Origin: Myxococcota bacterium
Lineage (GTDB): Bacteria > Myxococcota_A > UBA796 > CAJQPC01
Direction: 5' to 3'
DNA length: 64,000 nt
Assembly (NCBI GenBank): GCA_036229005.1
Contig: JAZAMN010000049.1
Location: forward strand, 86,447-150,446
Positions 39,199 through 47,949 of this stretch are shown here, piece by piece (within the stretch, counting starts at the first letter, position 1; every line of letters starts with the position of its first letter). A program made the translations under genes and the position numbers. The notes beneath the pieces were generated by a model. It saw nothing but the letters and a program-made list of their open reading frames with translations, had not been told where the DNA came from and ran no database searches.

Positions 39199-41142
39199 AT
39201 GACCCGCCCTCTGCTCGCCCTCCTCCTGGCCCTCTCTCCCGCCCTCGCCGCCCCCGGCATCCTCAAGGGGAGCGATCCAGAGCTCAGCTCTCCCACCATC
39301 GTCACCAACGCCCGGGCTCTGGGCGCGCAAGACCGGATGGAGGCCATCGCCACCCTCGAGGACTACCTGGCGACCGGCAGCGACACCGCGCTGATGCCCC
39401 TGGTGGCCCTGGAGGCCGGAGAGCAGCGGCGCTTGCTGGGCGACACCGAGACCGCCGCCAACCACTTCCAGTCGGTGGCCCGCAAGTACCCGGAGTCCCC
39501 CGCCAAGGAGGCCGCGCTGCTGGGCATGGCCCTGGTGGCCTTCGACTCCGGCAAGGCCTCGGGGAACTCCCTGGCGACCCTGCGGATGGTCCCGGACAAC
39601 CTGGCCACCGACACCATGAACGCCGACCGCTACCGCCTGCTGGCCCTCCAGGCCAAGAAGGAGGAGGCCCCCCAGAAGGAGGTCAAGGCGCTCGCCGAGC
39701 AGGCCGTGGAGTACGCCGACCAGAGCGGCGACGGCAGCGTGCAGCGCCGGGTGCAGACGGATCTCGGTGACCTCGTTCCGGCCGAGATCACAACCCAGGT
39801 CCCGGTGGAGCCGCTGTCCGACGCTGCAGACGAGGCTGCCCTGCTGGGCGCACAGTCCGCCCTCCGCTCCGGAGACCACGCCGCCGCGCGCGCTCAGGCG
39901 CAGGAGCTGCTCGCCACCTACCCCGACTCCGAGTACGTCCGGGCGGCCGAGTGGGTGGTGATGCGGGCCGACGCCGGCGACCCCTACTCCAGCCGCAAGG
40001 TGGGCGTCCTGCTCCCCCTCTCGGGCAAGTTCGCGCCCCCTGGCAAGCAGATCCGGGACACCCTGGAGCTGGCCTTCGAGGGAAGCGGCACCGAGCTGGT
40101 TTTCTACGACACCGTGGGCGAGCCCGACAAGGCCGTCCAGGGCTTCCAGGAGCTGGTCCTCAAGCAGGGCGTGGCCGCCGTGATCGGCCCGCTGCTGCAG
40201 TCCGAGGCCTTCCCCGTCGCCGCCGAGGCCCAGGCCGCGCAGGTCCCCCTGGTCACCCTCTCCCAGGCCATCGACCTGAGCGAGACTGGCGAGTGGGTCT
40301 TCCAGACCGCGATGACCCCGGAGCACCAGATCGCCGGCCTGCTGGACGAGCTCATGGGCAACCAGGGCCTCAGCAAGTTCGCCATCATGGCGCCGGAGAC
40401 CCCCTACGGCCTGGCCGCCAAGGAGAGCTTCGTCGAGCAGGTCATGAAGCGGGGCGGCACCGTCACCGAGATCGTGACCTACGACCCCGCCGGCAAGGAC
40501 TACCGGGCCGACGCCCGCGCGCTGGGCAAGAAGAACTACGAGGACCGCAAGAACGAGCTCTACCGCCTGCGCAAGGCGGCCGAGGAGCGCGGAGAGGACC
40601 CCAGCAAGGTCGTGCTCCCGCCCGCGCAGGACTTCGACGCCATCTTCATCCCCGACAGCCACGGCCGCGTGGCCATGCTCGCCTCCGCCCTGGCCTACGA
40701 GGAGTTCGCCATCGGCACCTTCTCCCCCGGCCGCGGCGCCACCCCCGTGCCCCTGGTGGGCCTGAACGGCTGGCACAACGAGTCGCTGGTCAAGGGCGGC
40801 GGCAAGTACATCGAGGACTGCGTGTTCGTGGACGCGTTCAACGCCGAGGACCCCGCCGTGGGCGCCTTCGTGCGCACCTACCAGAGCGAGTTCGGGCGCA
40901 CGCCCTCGGTGGTCGACGCCACCGCCTGGGACACCGCCAAGCTCGTGGCCGTGGCCGTGGGCACCCAGGCCGCCGACCGCAAGGAGTTCCGCCTGGCCCT
41001 GGCCGGCGCGAGCCTGGGGACCCCGGCGTCCTCGGGGAGCAGCTTCGCCGCAGATGGCAGCGTGGAGCGGGACTTCTACTACTTCACCATCAGCGAGGGG
41101 GAGATGCACTTGCTCGGTGACGATCCCGGCCCCGTCGAGTAG
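39199..41142 (+). CDS. LpoA-like penicillin-binding protein activator / type I periplasmic-binding fold with N-terminal TPR-like helices
   Basis: Signal peptide; KVGVLLPLSGKFA, VIGPLL, PETPYG, FDAIFIPDS. Confidence 0.75.
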   Translation: MTRPLLALLLALSPALAAPGILKGSDPELSSPTIVTNARALGAQDRMEAIATLEDYLATGSDTALMPLVALEAGEQRRLLGDTETAANHFQSVARKYPESPAKEAALLGMALVAFDSGKASGNSLATLRMVPDNLATDTMNADRYRLLALQAKKEEAPQKEVKALAEQAVEYADQSGDGSVQRRVQTDLGDLVPAEITTQVPVEPLSDAADEAALLGAQSALRSGDHAAARAQAQELLATYPDSEYVRAAEWVVMRADAGDPYSSRKVGVLLPLSGKFAPPGKQIRDTLELAFEGSGTELVFYDTVGEPDKAVQGFQELVLKQGVAAVIGPLLQSEAFPVAAEAQAAQVPLVTLSQAIDLSETGEWVFQTAMTPEHQIAGLLDELMGNQGLSKFAIMAPETPYGLAAKESFVEQVMKRGGTVTEIVTYDPAGKDYRADARALGKKNYEDRKNELYRLRKAAEERGEDPSKVVLPPAQDFDAIFIPDSHGRVAMLASALAYEEFAIGTFSPGRGATPVPLVGLNGWHNESLVKGGGKYIEDCVFVDAFNAEDPAVGAFVRTYQSEFGRTPSVVDATAWDTAKLVAVAVGTQAADRKEFRLALAGASLGTPASSGSSFAADGSVERDFYYFTISEGEMHLLGDDPGPVE

Positions 41143-41163
41143 AGTGCAGAGCAGCCCCTGATC

Positions 41164-42084
41164 ATGCCCGACGACCCTGGCGAACAGTTCGTACTCCGCT
41201 CCCTGTTGAGCGCCGCTGGTCCCCGACCGGACGCGGCCTTGCGCGTGCCTCCTGGTGATGACTGCGCCGTCCTGGACGGCGGTCTGGTCCTCACCCAGGA
41301 CAGCTTCGTGCAGGGCGTGCACTGGGACGAGCGCTTCTCCCCTGCCGACGTGGGCTTCCGCCTGGCGATGGCCAACCTCAGCGATCTCGCCGCGATGGGC
41401 GCCACCGGCCTGTGGGCCATGCTGGGCTGCTCGCTGCCCGCCCCCGTGGACCGCGACTGGGTGCGCGGCTTCTCCAGAGGACTGGCCCAAGGGCTGGGCG
41501 GCGTGCCCCTGGTGGGCGGCGACACCACCCGCAGCCCCGGCCCCGCGATGCTCAGCCTCTGCCTGGGCGGCCAGCTCGTGGCGGAGCCCGTCACCCGCAG
41601 CGGGTCCTCGCCGGCGGACGAGATCTGGGTCAGTGGTGTGCTGGGCGCGGCGGCCGGAGGGTATGCCGGGATCCCCGAGCTGCTCCCCCACTTCCTCCGC
41701 CCCAGCCCTCCCCTGGAGCTTGGCCCCGCGCTGGCCAGAGAGCGCCTCGTGAGCGCGGCGATGGACCTGTCCGACGGCCTCGCCCAGGACCTGCCCAAGC
41801 TCTGCGCGGCCTCCGGTGTGGGGGCCCGGATCTCGGCGGACGCACTCCCGTTGCCCACCGCTCTGGCCTCTCGGCCCTCCCCACTGGACGACGCTCTGGG
41901 CTTCGGCGAGGACTTCGGTCTGCTGTTCACCGCCGCCCCCGAGCACCACGCCGCCATCTCGGCTCTGGGAGCGCGCCTGGGCGTGAAGCTGACCTGCATC
42001 GGGCACACCACCGCGGACCCCAGCGTCACCCTGATCGGCGCGGACTGGCCCACCGGCTGGACCCACTTTGGGGAGCCCGCATGA
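41164..42084 (+). CDS. thiL: Thiamine-monophosphate kinase
   Basis: GDDCAV, NLSDLAAMGA, GGDTT, AMDLSDGL, GEDFGLLF. Confidence 0.95.
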   Translation: MPDDPGEQFVLRSLLSAAGPRPDAALRVPPGDDCAVLDGGLVLTQDSFVQGVHWDERFSPADVGFRLAMANLSDLAAMGATGLWAMLGCSLPAPVDRDWVRGFSRGLAQGLGGVPLVGGDTTRSPGPAMLSLCLGGQLVAEPVTRSGSSPADEIWVSGVLGAAAGGYAGIPELLPHFLRPSPPLELGPALARERLVSAAMDLSDGLAQDLPKLCAASGVGARISADALPLPTALASRPSPLDDALGFGEDFGLLFTAAPEHHAAISALGARLGVKLTCIGHTTADPSVTLIGADWPTGWTHFGEPA

Positions 42085-43337
42085 GCGAGACCCTCATCGC
42101 GCTGCTGCCCAAGGGCCTGCTGCTGGTGGTGCTGATCTTCCTGTCGGGCTTCTTCTCGGGCTCGGAGACCGGCCTGTTCTCCCTGCAGGCCATCGACCGC
42201 GAGCGCCTGCGCGAGGAAGGCAGCAGCGTACTCCGCCTGCTGGAGAGCCCCCGCCGCACCCTGGCGTCTGTGCTCATGGGCAACGAGCTGGTCAACATCA
42301 GCCTGTCCAGCGTCTGCGCGGCCATCATCCTGGAGCTGGCCCCCGACATGGGCTGGCTGAACCTGCTGGTGGCCACCCCGCTGCTGATCCTCTTCGGCGA
42401 GGTCACGCCCAAGACCCTGGCCCTGCGCAACCCCCGCCGCTTCGCCAACCTGGTCGCCAAGCCCCTCACGCTCTGGGCGACCCTGATCACCCCCGTGCGC
42501 GCCCTGCTGACGGGCATCGCCAACCTGGCCATCCGCATCCTGGGGGCCAGCTCCGAGGCCACCCCCCGCGTGCTGGAGGAGGCCCAGGTGCGGCGCCTGG
42601 TGGACGAGGGCCTGGCCGCCGGCTCCATCAAGACCGTCGAGCACGAGCTGATCCACCGCGTGTTCTCCTTCTCCGATGTGACCGTCGGCGAGCTGATGAC
42701 CCCGCGGCCGGACATCGTCGCCCTGCCCCTGACCGCGCCCTACGCGCGCGTGGTCGACACCCTGCGCCAGACCGGGTTCTCCCGCGTGCCCATCTACCGG
42801 GGCGGCCAGGACGACATCCGCGGCATCCTGCTGTCCAAGGACCTGCTGCGCTTCAAGGACGGCCCGCCCCCCACCAAGCGCGAGCTGGTCGACCTGCTGC
42901 AGCCCCCGCTGTTCGTGCCTACCACCAAGAAGGCCGACGACATGCTGCGCGAGCTCAAGCTGCAGCGCATGCACATGGCCATCGTGGTCGACGAGCACGG
43001 CACCGTCACGGGCCTGATCACCCTCGATGACCTCCTCGTGGAGCTCATGGGCGCCGAGCTGGACGAGGACGACGACACTGGCGAGGTGAGCCACATCCGT
43101 CCGGGCATGTTCAGCGTCTCCGCCTCCATGGACCTGGACGACTTCTGCGAGAGCCAGGGGGTGAGCCTGGAGCAGGGCCCCTACCGCACCATCGGCGGCT
43201 ACGTGTTCTCCGCGCTGGGTCACCTGCCGGCCAAGGGCGAGGAGCTGGAGTCCGAGGGGCTGCGCTTCATCGTCACGGGCATGGAGGGCCGGCGCATCAC
43301 CGAGCTCACCGTCATCCTGCCGGAGGTGGAGTCATGA
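42081..43337 (+). CDS. CNNM/CorB (hemolysin-family, DUF21-CBS-CorC) membrane protein
   Basis: FFSGSETGLFSL, LMGNELVN, FGEVTPK, MTPRPDI, FSRVPIY, AIVVDEHG; real start ATG 42081 overlaps the thiL stop. Confidence 0.92.
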   Translation: MSETLIALLPKGLLLVVLIFLSGFFSGSETGLFSLQAIDRERLREEGSSVLRLLESPRRTLASVLMGNELVNISLSSVCAAIILELAPDMGWLNLLVATPLLILFGEVTPKTLALRNPRRFANLVAKPLTLWATLITPVRALLTGIANLAIRILGASSEATPRVLEEAQVRRLVDEGLAAGSIKTVEHELIHRVFSFSDVTVGELMTPRPDIVALPLTAPYARVVDTLRQTGFSRVPIYRGGQDDIRGILLSKDLLRFKDGPPPTKRELVDLLQPPLFVPTTKKADDMLRELKLQRMHMAIVVDEHGTVTGLITLDDLLVELMGAELDEDDDTGEVSHIRPGMFSVSASMDLDDFCESQGVSLEQGPYRTIGGYVFSALGHLPAKGEELESEGLRFIVTGMEGRRITELTVILPEVES

Positions 43338-44554
43338 GCCCCGTGCTCGCCGCCTCCATCGTGGGCGTGTGTCTGCTGACCGAGGGCTTCTTCTCGGGCT
43401 CCGAGATCGCCGTGGTGTCCGCGGACCGCCTCAAGCTCAAGACCCAGGCCGAGGCCGGCCACAAGGGCTCCCAGCTCGCCCTCAAGCTGCTGGAGCGGCC
43501 CGAGCGGCTGCTGGGCACTTGCCTCATCGGGACCAACCTCTCGACGGTCACGGCCTCCACCGCCGCGACGGCGGCCCTTGTGACGGCGCTCCCGGACGCC
43601 TTCGAGGCCATCACGGTCGCCATCTTGTTCCCATTGATCCTGCTCTTTGGCGAACTGATCCCCAAGAGCATCTACCAGCACTACGCCGACCGGCTCGCGC
43701 CGGTGATCTCCCTGCCCCTGAGCGTCGCGAGCACCGCCCTGTTCCCCGCGCTGGTGGTCCTGGAGTGGCTGACCCGGTTGATGACCGGGGGACAGGAGAA
43801 CACCACCCGGCCGGTGACCCGCGAAGACATCGTGCTCTTGCTGGAGGGCTCCGACGAGGTCCGGATCGACCAGGAGGACCGGGAGCTGATCCAGCGGGTG
43901 TTCGAGTTCGGGGAGGCCGTGGTGGAGGACGCCATGAAGCCCCTGATCGAGGTCTCCGCGCTCCCCGAGACCGCCACGGCGCGGGACGCAGTGGAGATGA
44001 TGGTCAGCCGCGGGCACAGCCGCATCCCCGTCTTTGACGAGCGCATCGACCGGGTCACCGGGATCGTCCACCACAGCGACCTGCTGCACAACAGCAGCCT
44101 GGACCAGCCCCTGCGCGAGCTGGCCCGGCCCCCCTTCTTTGTCCCCGAGTCCAAGGACCTGGAGGCGCTGTTCGTGGAGTTCAACAACCGCCGCCAGCGC
44201 ATCGCCATCCCGGTGGACGAGTACGGCGGCGCGGTCGGCCTGATCACCATGGAGGACATCCTGGAGGAGATCGTGGGCGACATCGGCGACGAGACGGACA
44301 AGAAGGTCCGCGCGGTGCGCCAGATCGGCCCCCATAGCTGGCTGGCCCGCGGCCGCGTGGAGACCGAGCTGCTGCTGGAGCGCACCGGCTTCGAGATCCC
44401 CGAGGGCTACTACGAGACCCTGGCGGGCTTCATCTTGAGCCGCCTGGGCCATGTCCCGGTGGTCGGCGAGACCCTCCAGGAGGGCGAGTTCACCCTGGAG
44501 GTGACCCGCGCGAGCGACCGGGCCATCCTCCAGGTGAAGCTACAGCGCAGGTAG
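43334..44554 (+). CDS. Second CNNM/CorB (DUF21-CBS-CorC) membrane protein
   Basis: FFSGSEIA, LIGTN, FGELIPK, HSRIPV, VDEYGG, EDILEEIVGDI. Confidence 0.92.
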   Translation: MSPVLAASIVGVCLLTEGFFSGSEIAVVSADRLKLKTQAEAGHKGSQLALKLLERPERLLGTCLIGTNLSTVTASTAATAALVTALPDAFEAITVAILFPLILLFGELIPKSIYQHYADRLAPVISLPLSVASTALFPALVVLEWLTRLMTGGQENTTRPVTREDIVLLLEGSDEVRIDQEDRELIQRVFEFGEAVVEDAMKPLIEVSALPETATARDAVEMMVSRGHSRIPVFDERIDRVTGIVHHSDLLHNSSLDQPLRELARPPFFVPESKDLEALFVEFNNRRQRIAIPVDEYGGAVGLITMEDILEEIVGDIGDETDKKVRAVRQIGPHSWLARGRVETELLLERTGFEIPEGYYETLAGFILSRLGHVPVVGETLQEGEFTLEVTRASDRAILQVKLQRR

Positions 44555-44576
44555 CGGCGAGAGCGCCCCTCGCCCG

Positions 44577-45239
44577 CTACTCCACGTAGACCGCGCGCTG
44601 GCCGCCCACGGGGTTCTGGGGCTTGCCCTCACGCTGGAACCAGCGCAGCTCCGACTGGGGGTCCATGGCGGGCCCGATGGGCCGCGCCCCGCCGCCGTGG
44701 TTGTCCACGAGCTGGGCCATGGGCTTGTAGAGCTCCGAGAACAGCGCCTGCTGCTGCTTGAGCTCCTGGCTCCCGGCGCCCTCGGCCGCCTTGGCGATGG
44801 CCTGCACGGCGGCCAGGCTGGAGGCCTCCAGGGCCCCCTCCTTCTCGGCGTCCAGCGCGGTGGAGTGGAGCTTGTCCCAGGCGGCCTCGGTGTCCTTTCC
44901 GGAGACCATGGCCTCCTGCAGGTCCAGGTAGCGGTCGAGCAGGCGGTTGACCCGGCCGTTGGTGCAGCAGGTCCGCTTCACCTGCTGGAAGCGGGAGCCG
45001 CTGCCGGGGCCCTTGGCGCCAGGGCCCAGCTTGGGTCCCCGCACGCCCAGCGGGCCGCCCGCCATGGGGGCCATGCGCCCCGGGTTCAGCTTCTGGCCCT
45101 TGAGGTCCTTGGGGGGGTCGACGGCCTTGGTGGCCTCGGCGACGGGCTCGGGGGTCGGCTCCAGTGTGTCCTCGCCGGCGGAACAAGCCAGTGAGAGGGC
45201 GGCGAAGGCCAACAGGGTCCAGGCGGTGGGAGACTTCAT
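44577..45239 (-). CDS. Lipoprotein with a DUF3347-like helical domain
   Basis: MKSPTAWTLLAFAALSLAC lipobox; YLDLQEAMV, F.ELYKPM and WFQ....QNP resemble DUF3347 proteins. Confidence 0.5.
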   Translation of the reverse strand: MKSPTAWTLLAFAALSLACSAGEDTLEPTPEPVAEATKAVDPPKDLKGQKLNPGRMAPMAGGPLGVRGPKLGPGAKGPGSGSRFQQVKRTCCTNGRVNRLLDRYLDLQEAMVSGKDTEAAWDKLHSTALDAEKEGALEASSLAAVQAIAKAAEGAGSQELKQQQALFSELYKPMAQLVDNHGGGARPIGPAMDPQSELRWFQREGKPQNPVGGQRAVYVE

Positions 45240-45314
45240 GGGGTGGGCTCCAGAGCAGCACACCCCCAGGGAGCGGACTCCGAGGGGGCGTGGTGGTTGA
45301 AGGGTGCGGACGCC

Positions 45315-45713
45315 TTACTCGGCGGCGCACTCCTCGGAGAAGGACATGCCCTCGGGCAGCTCCTGATCGATGGGGGCCTCGAGGCCGACGACTGCGTCAC
45401 CGTCCATGGTGGCCCGGTAGGCGGAGCCGTCCACGCAGTACACGTGGATCATGCTGGGGGCGTAGATCACGCCGACCACCTGGGTGATCAGGCCGGTGAT
45501 GATGTCGCGCTCGGTGTGGATCTTGGCCACGCCGGAGGGGCAGACCTCGTTCAGGGCGAGGGTCTCGTCCAGCTCGATGATCCCGAAGACCACGCGGTTG
45601 CGCCAGATCTCCTCGGTGGGGTTGGCGGCCGACTTGGCACCGGTGGTGTAGTCGATCTTGTAGCAGCCGGTCAGAGCGGCGATGGCCAGGGCGGCGGTGA
45701 GGAGCTTCTTCAC
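45315..45713 (-). CDS. Bor/Iss-like lipoprotein, type A (copy A3)
   Basis: KKLLTAALAIAALTG-CYK; FGIIE....L..VCP.GV.KI.TE....GLI......IYAP....VYC matches the Bor-family pattern; GTG overlaps the upstream stop. Confidence 0.75.
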   Translation of the reverse strand: MKKLLTAALAIAALTGCYKIDYTTGAKSAANPTEEIWRNRVVFGIIELDETLALNEVCPSGVAKIHTERDIITGLITQVVGVIYAPSMIHVYCVDGSAYRATMDGDAVVGLEAPIDQELPEGMSFSEECAAE

Positions 45714-46060
45714 TGGGACACCTCCATGGGGGTGACGCTGGCCAGGCCGGTGCTGGGGTCGGACTCCATCAGGTAGGCGGAGCCGCTCGCGCAGGTGACC
45801 TTGACGTGGATGGGGGTGTAGAGGGAGCAGGTGACGCAGGTCAGCAGAGCCTCGGTGACCTCCATGCTCTCCTCGATGGAGCTGACGCCGGAGGGGCACA
45901 GCGCATCGAGGTCGTAGGAGTTGTCACCCACCAGGCCCCATGCAAAGAACTTGGCCTGGGACTCGTGCACCTCGCCCGCGGGGGCGCCAGTGCTCATGGT
46001 GTTCTTGTAGCAGCCACCCAACAGGGTGAGCGCCAGTCCTGCGAATACAACTTTCTTCAC
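45710..46060 (-). CDS. Bor/Iss-like lipoprotein, type B (copy B2)
   Basis: KKVVFAGLALTLLGG-CYK; FFAWGLVG....D...CP.GV..IE.......LLTCVTCSLYTP..V.V.C. Confidence 0.8.
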   Translation of the reverse strand: MKKVVFAGLALTLLGGCYKNTMSTGAPAGEVHESQAKFFAWGLVGDNSYDLDALCPSGVSSIEESMEVTEALLTCVTCSLYTPIHVKVTCASGSAYLMESDPSTGLASVTPMEVSQ

Positions 46061-46147
46061 GGTGTCTCCGTGTGATTGGACGGTCGCCGGCGTTTTAGCA
46101 CGCGCGGCGCTCGGGAGTCATTCACCAAAGTACGCAATCCTGCGTGC

Positions 46148-46555
46148 TCAGTACTCGGCGATGCGCACAGCGCCGGAGGTCTTCACGTCGTCGACGCTGG
46201 GGTCGAAGTAGCCCCACCAGATCCCCACGGGGAAGCAGCAGATGATGGCCCCGACCACGGCGCCCATCTTGCGGGCCTCGGGGAAGGAGATGGTGCCGCC
46301 ATCTTCGCCCACCTCGACCGTCACGGAGAGCGCGATGTGGCCGGACTGGCTGGCGTTGAAGGTGTACATGCCGGCGGGCAGATCCACCGTGCAGGGCGAC
46401 ACGCAGAGGTTGTCGGTCGCGACCGCGGAGCCCTCGCTGGTGGCCACCGTGGCGGTCACGACGCTGATGCCCGCGGGCTTGCCGTTCAGGGTGTCGAAGG
46501 AGACCTGGGCGGCGCTGGCGTCCGTGGTGGCCAGGAGGGAGAGCAGTCCGAGCAT
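46148..46555 (-). CDS. Small exported protein, PEGA-like beta domain plus a hydrophobic C-terminal segment
   Basis: MLGLLSLLATTDASA signal after GAGG; CVSPCTVDLPAGMYTF; VVGAIICCFPVGIWWGY. Confidence 0.55.
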   Translation of the reverse strand: MLGLLSLLATTDASAAQVSFDTLNGKPAGISVVTATVATSEGSAVATDNLCVSPCTVDLPAGMYTFNASQSGHIALSVTVEVGEDGGTISFPEARKMGAVVGAIICCFPVGIWWGYFDPSVDDVKTSGAVRIAEY

Positions 46556-46643
46556 TGAAGCACCTCTATTGCGTGGTGCGCGCGGACTAACGCCCTCCCC
46601 CTGGCGTCGCATTTCACCGGGTTTCACGCCGGCGGGTGGGGCC

Positions 46644-47105
46644 TCAGATGCCGGGCTCGGCGCACTCCTGGGCGGGCTCACCCAGGTGCTCGGGGACCTG
46701 CTGGTCCACGGGGGCCTCCAGCGCCAGGATCATGTCGTTGTCGCCCACGGTGGCGCGGTAGGCGGTCCCGTCCTCGCACCAGACGTAGATCATGCTGGGC
46801 GTGTAGACGTTCACCACGTTCAGCCCGACCACACCCGTGGCGATGTAGGTCCCCGCCCAGGCCAGGAAGGTGATGACGTCCGTCTCGGTGTGGATCTTGG
46901 CGAACTCCCCATTGTCGCAGAGCTCTTCGACCTGCAAGGGACCGTCCATCTCGATGATCCCGTAGACCAGGCGATGCCGCCAGACCTCGTGGTCTGCATT
47001 GTTCGCCACGGAGTCGGACTTGCTGGTGGTGTAGTCGACCTTGTAGCAAGCGGTGGACAGCGCCAGGGCGCCGGCGGCGAGCAGGGGGAGGCTCTTGCGA
47101 AGCAT
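46644..47105 (-). CDS. Bor/Iss-like lipoprotein, type A (copy A2)
   Basis: MLRKSLPLLAAGALALSTA-CYKVDY; WRHRLVYGIIE; C..G.FAKIHTETD; YTPSMIYVWC. Confidence 0.75.
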   Translation of the reverse strand: MLRKSLPLLAAGALALSTACYKVDYTTSKSDSVANNADHEVWRHRLVYGIIEMDGPLQVEELCDNGEFAKIHTETDVITFLAWAGTYIATGVVGLNVVNVYTPSMIYVWCEDGTAYRATVGDNDMILALEAPVDQQVPEHLGEPAQECAEPGI

Positions 47106-47446
47106 CACTCCACCTCCATCGCGACGACGGTGCTCATGCCGGTCTCGGCGTTCTCCTGCAGGTTGTAGGCCCGGCCATCCGCGCAGGTGATGGTGATGGT
47201 GCGGGGGGAGTAGATGCTGCAGGTGACACAGTTCAGCACCGCGTCCACGGGGCCCATCTCCTCTTCGATGCGCGCGACGCCCTGGGGGCAGATCTTGTCG
47301 ACGTCGAAGGAGGCATCGCCGACCAGGCCCCAGAGCAGGAAGGCCACGGTCTCGGTGTGGGACTCGCCGGCGCGGGCGCCGGTCTCGATGGTGTTCTTGT
47401 AGCAGCCACCCATCAGGGCAGCGACCAGCGGGAGCAGGGTCAGCAT
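47105..47446 (-). CDS. Bor/Iss-like lipoprotein, type B (copy B1)
   Basis: MLTLLPLVAALMGG-CYKNT; FLLWGLVGD; ICPQGVARIEE; LNCVTCSIYSP. Confidence 0.8.
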   Translation of the reverse strand: MLTLLPLVAALMGGCYKNTIETGARAGESHTETVAFLLWGLVGDASFDVDKICPQGVARIEEEMGPVDAVLNCVTCSIYSPRTITITCADGRAYNLQENAETGMSTVVAMEVE

Positions 47447-47480
47447 GGGGTCCTCAACAGAAGGGGGAAGGGCGGGGCTT

Positions 47481-47900
47481 TTACTCCAGCTCGGTGGAGC
47501 AGGCCTCCTCAAAAGTGCCGATGCGCGCTGGGATCTCCTGGCCCAGAGGGGCCTCCATCGCCAGCACGGTCCCGGAGTCGACGGAGGCGCGGTAGTTGCT
47601 GCCGTCGGCGCACCAGACGTAGATCATGTTCGGGCTGTAGAGGAAGCCGCCGACCGGGGTGCCGTTGACCAGGTAGGAGATCAGCCCGGAGATCACGTCC
47701 GTCTCGACGTGGATGCGCGAGAACTGGCCGTCCTCGCAGATCTCCTGAACCTGCAGGGGCCCCTCCAGCTCGATGATCCCGTAGATCATTCGGTGGTTCC
47801 AGACCTCTTTGTCCGGGGGCCGCGACGCGTAGACCGGGGGCTGCGGCCCCGCGAGGTAGTCGGTCTTGTAGCAGGCAAGACCAAGCAAGAGCGTCAACAT
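47481..47900 (-). CDS. Bor/Iss-like lipoprotein, type A (copy A1)
   Basis: GGGAGG SD, then MLTLLLGLA-CYKTDY; WNHRMIYGIIE; IC.DG.F.RIH.ETD; YSPNMIYVWC. Confidence 0.75.
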   Translation of the reverse strand: MLTLLLGLACYKTDYLAGPQPPVYASRPPDKEVWNHRMIYGIIELEGPLQVQEICEDGQFSRIHVETDVISGLISYLVNGTPVGGFLYSPNMIYVWCADGSNYRASVDSGTVLAMEAPLGQEIPARIGTFEEACSTELE

Positions 47901-47949
47901 TCGAGCCTCCCAGCACGGGCTATCCTTGTGCCCCCAGCGAAGGCAAAAG

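Noticed and set aside
41412..42080. N-terminal extension of the 641-aa ORF for the first CNNM gene
   Set aside because: It overlaps thiL in another frame; the real start is ATG 42081, coupled to the thiL stop
46096..46122. TTAGCAC half-site resembling CIRCE (also at 4379)
   Set aside because: The right arm GAGTGCTAA is absent at 9-nt spacing and neither site is near the chaperone genes; better explained as a minus-strand extended -10
45710..47446. CVTC in type B Bor-like proteins as a heme c site
   Set aside because: Followed by Ser rather than His (CVTCS), so it is not a CxxCH motif
45315..47900. Prophage interpretation of the Bor-like genes
   Set aside because: No integrase, lysis, structural or replication phage genes nearby, and base composition matches the flanking chromosome
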